The notes beneath the pieces are model-generated. The model was not told where the DNA came from and made no database searches. It saw nothing but the letters and a program-made list of their open reading frames with translations. From assembly GCA_973895155.1 (NCBI GenBank), contig OZ316891.1, forward strand, positions 7,309,808-7,373,807: DNA of 64,000 nucleotides, given 5' to 3'. The stretch comes from Marsupella aquatica. Its lineage: Eukaryota; Plantae; Marchantiophyta. This document shows, piece by piece, positions 60,463-64,000 of this stretch. Numbering within the stretch: the stretch's first letter is position 1; the number at the start of each line of letters is the position of its first letter. Made by a program: the position numbers and the translations under genes.

Positions 60463-63400
60463 TCACAATTTACTCACACTTTGAATGTATGTAGTCAAAG
60501 CCTGCAAGTCACTTGCATCTAGTACATACACTCTATCAACTATCCCAGACTTCATTGTCAAGTTCACATTTGAAATTACCATCTCAATATCAATCCATTG
60601 TCCATCTGTTGCATCATAAGTGAACAAAGTTTTGTTGTTACCAGTAGATTTGTACCAATTACACTGCAAGCGGCACACACTTCCACTCTGTCCAACTGCA
60701 GGTACAGGTCTGTCCAACAGATCTATTGCTTTCCGACGTCTGACCCAATGGGAGCCATTCTTCTGTATCATAAACTCAATCCTACCCAACCAATATTCTT
60801 TCTTTGCAGATGTTGCGTCAACAACAGGCCCTTTATCTATTCCCTTCCTCTTCTTTGACTTGGATGATCTGGTAGAAGGACCAACCTCTGCAACAGACTC
60901 AAACAAAACTGCTATATCAATACCAATGTCAACCAAACAAGTCACAGAGTCACCATTTTCCTTCTCCTTACCAGTAGTGTAATAGGTCTTCTGGGCTATC
61001 CTAGTTAGCCTATCCTTTGACATGAAAGGATTGCAGCACAATTGACTCACAAGAGTGGACTTGTAAATAGTCCTTCCCTTATAAGTTACAGTAGACACTA
61101 CTGACCGGGGTGTCTGCACCTCAGTTAAGTCTGCTTGAACTCCAGCCAAGACATGCCTTACTTCATGTCCTAGTGTCTCCATCTCACAAAATGGGTTAGT
61201 GTCCACCTCAATCGAACAATCTTCAACTGTTAGTGGCTCAATACAATCCTGACTGTCTAGAGTGTCCCATGAATCAATCCGATTGAGATCTTCTTCAGGA
61301 TCTTCAAACTCTAGAAACTCTCCAATTGGGGGCTCAGGTCTAGGGCCTACAGTAGATCGATGCTCAATTGTGTCTTCAGCATCATCACATAACACAACCT
61401 CTTTCATGACACTTGTATCCGGCCAAGTCTCTGCCTCCACCTCCCAAGGATAAACCCACCATCGTCTTTTTGCTGCTGGCAAAGAACTCCTTGGTGACAT
61501 GTTCAGCTTGCACAACAAATCCTTTGCTTCCTGCAAACCTTCCTTTAGAGCATCAACAACCAGCTCATTAGTCTGAACTGCAGAGTAATCAAATAAATTT
61601 GGAGCTTGTTCTCCTTCATCCAGAGGATGTAAAGTTGCCCAAACATGATCCTGTTTATCATGTGATCGACGTATCTTCAATCCCTCTGGTCCATACTCTA
61701 ATCCAGCTAGTCGATTCAGTCCCACTGCACTGTCTAGTAGAGATCCAAAGTCATAATTTCTCTCATGGCCACTCATGCCACCTACCTTGCTGAAAAATAT
61801 CTCACAACAATCTGATCCCAGCAAGTGAAATGGAACTTGCAGATATGGGAACTTGTCCCGAAAGGCACAGATTAACAATACTACAAAATGACAAGACATG
61901 TTGATATCATGGAAAGCCTGCACAGAAATCATGTTCTTCTCTGTGATAGATCCAGCATTCCCTGTCACAGAATGATCACCATACCTCAACCATAGCCTCC
62001 ACAATCGGAAGAACCAAGATACCTTTGATGCCAAGACAACACGGGTTCTTAGGTCCTGCTTAACAGAGAAGAAAATATCTATGTAGTCTGCACAAACCTC
62101 CAAGTATATCATGGTCCCAAAGCTTCTGTCATGACGAACATCTCGTCGCTCATACATATGCTGCAGGCAGGCCTGCACTCTCCTGGAAGCTATTCGTTGT
62201 GGGCCAGCCCAATTTTGTCTATCTGTCCTATTCACATCATCCCAATGCAAACCATGCTCATGAATTGCATAATGGTTATAAACAGATGTGACATATGACA
62301 AAGATGCATGCTGATCACCAAGAACTAACATAGCAGACACTCGGTCCAATGGGTTAATTGCCTTCTTGCCATTGTGAGGTGGGTCTTGGTCTCCAAAACC
62401 ATATAGATCTCCATTCGGAAGTATGGACACTGAGTATTGCCACCCAACCCATCCTACACTGTACCTAGGAAAGGAACCATTCACAACAGTATAATCTTCC
62501 ATCATCAATTTCCTACGACGAGCATCACCATCACTAGCATGGCCCAACAAAGGACCAACACTGTCTCTGCAATGTGTGTCCCACATGGACTTCAGCTGCA
62601 CCCAATGCTCTCTTACCCAGGGAGCTCTAAACTTGTTACATGTTGGTAGAACACACAATGCCAATTTAGGCATCTTTGCATGCAGAGGATTGACAATGAT
62701 TACTCTAGCATACATGCCTTTGGCATACTGCTCAAAAGTACTTACAATCTTGTCATACCCTTCAGTACCTGCTCCAACCAGTACTTCCAAGCCAAAAGAA
62801 CATGTGTGCTCTTCTAAGGGGCCACAGAAACTAATGAGGGTGTCATATTTAGCTTCCCATCTGTCACACACAATAGAATACAGACATCAGTTCATGACAT
62901 GCAAACTCACCCAACACATTCAAAAAAACAAGCTAATTTACTATAGAGACAAAAACACAAACCTGGGTCTCTCTTTGATCCTTGTTTCATCCTCAGCAAA
63001 CATTATTGGTACATCTTCTACAACTCCAAGTGACTGCTTTGATGCACACAGTACTCTGCACACCTCCTGGAATATCTCTTTTCGAATGCCAGCTCTAAAG
63101 GGTGGGAGTTTTGCTCTATCACGTTTCAAGATCTTCAGACCTGGACCACCTAGGTTAGCCTGGAAACAATGAGCCACTTGTCTGCCTCCAAACTGAAACA
63201 TGGCTTGGGAGAAGGCCTTGGTTCTCTTACTGTATCGATAACCCTTAGCAACTCTCTGCAAGTTCTTAGCTACATCTGTCAGGAAATCCCACAACCCTTC
63301 CTTGCCACCAAAAGCACCACATCTATGTCCATTCACAATATTTCTCAGAAACAGTCTTAAATCTTTCCTATCATGGGCTACTCCTAATAAATCTTCTAGC

Positions 63401-63999
63401 TTCTTTCGCCTAACACTCAGGGCACAAATTTTCTGAGCCTGTTGTGCCAACAGCCAACGCTGTTTCCTAAAGCGAGTGGTGAGGTTACCAACATGTTCCC
63501 TCAGTTCGGTTTTGGTCAAGTATGCCAACCTCATCCCACCCTGTGTAGTCCCGTCTTCTCTCTGCACTAATGCTTTCGCTTCCTTGTGCACCCTGCCACG
63601 AAAATCATCTTCACGTTTTATAGAATCACATAGAGTGCAAGTGAGGTTTTGAAAACCACCTCCATTAATGGACACCCTGTGACATTGCTTGTGCCTAAAA
63701 CAACCCTGTATACCAACAACTGACTGACTAGTTACATTGAAAACCTCAGCATAGGTTGTACGGTCACAATCCCACACATTTCCTCCCTCTTGATCATCAA
63801 GTATGCCTTTCACAGCCATAGAATCCCCTGTCCACTTCACCTCTGACTCCCACATGCCCCAACAAAGCAAACTTAAACTTGGCTCAATGGAGGAATACAA
63901 CCCACCTCTGCCTGAACTGCTCCCTGCAGCAGAGCTGTCCTCTCTAAAGAAATTCAGAATAGAATTTTGAGATGGAAACAGATCACGAGCATCAGGCTT
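60463..63999 (-). CDS. P-superfamily (THAP9/P-element-like) transposase, spliced; exons in window 63999-62963 and 62860-60463, at least 1144 aa, N-terminus outside window
   Basis: A GT-AG intron at 62962-62861 joins the two ORFs in frame (DETRIKERPR-WEAKYDTLISFCG). Motifs: RYS...F...FGG....LGGP.LKIL (HTH-like), DE..IK (D1), SDGD (D2), DPPHNGKK (DxxH) and SDCCEIFFSKVGG (E). The frame is open to the window edge. Confidence 0.8.
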
Positions 64000-64000
64000 C

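Larger units (their letters stand above)
59826..64000 (-). mobile_element. Putative autonomous P-element-like DNA transposon (one end in window)
   Basis: The terminus CTCGGGGGGGTCACT...ATCACGTGCGACGTTTTAGG..TGGACC.CCTAA matches the MITE left end. It replaces the copia 3' end and contains a long DDE-type ORF. Confidence 0.8.

Overview
This is eukaryotic nuclear DNA, most likely from a non-seed land plant (inferred from gene content and transposon types), and it is mostly transposon-derived. It has two host-gene loci: an intact intronless NCED (ABA biosynthesis; 18150-20150, -) and a PWD/GWD3-derived locus where only the CBM20-containing ORF stays open (47008-47865, -) while downstream dikinase exons have decayed. 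Retroelements include L1-type LINE 3' parts, three CRE-clade (RT plus restriction-like endonuclease) copies, a decayed Ty1/copia with related solo LTRs, and a young non-coding LTR element. The most notable system is a divergent P-element-like DNA transposon family. It comprises a spliced, uninterrupted transposase of at least 1144 aa (60463 to beyond the window end, -), an element end at 59826 with an unusual bipartite CTCGGGGG...ATCACSTGCGACG terminus, a matching 297-bp MITE with an 8-bp TSD (26412-26708), and a 59-nt D-armless tRNA-like fold just after the stop codon. All calls are from manual reading and motif recall; no database searches were run.
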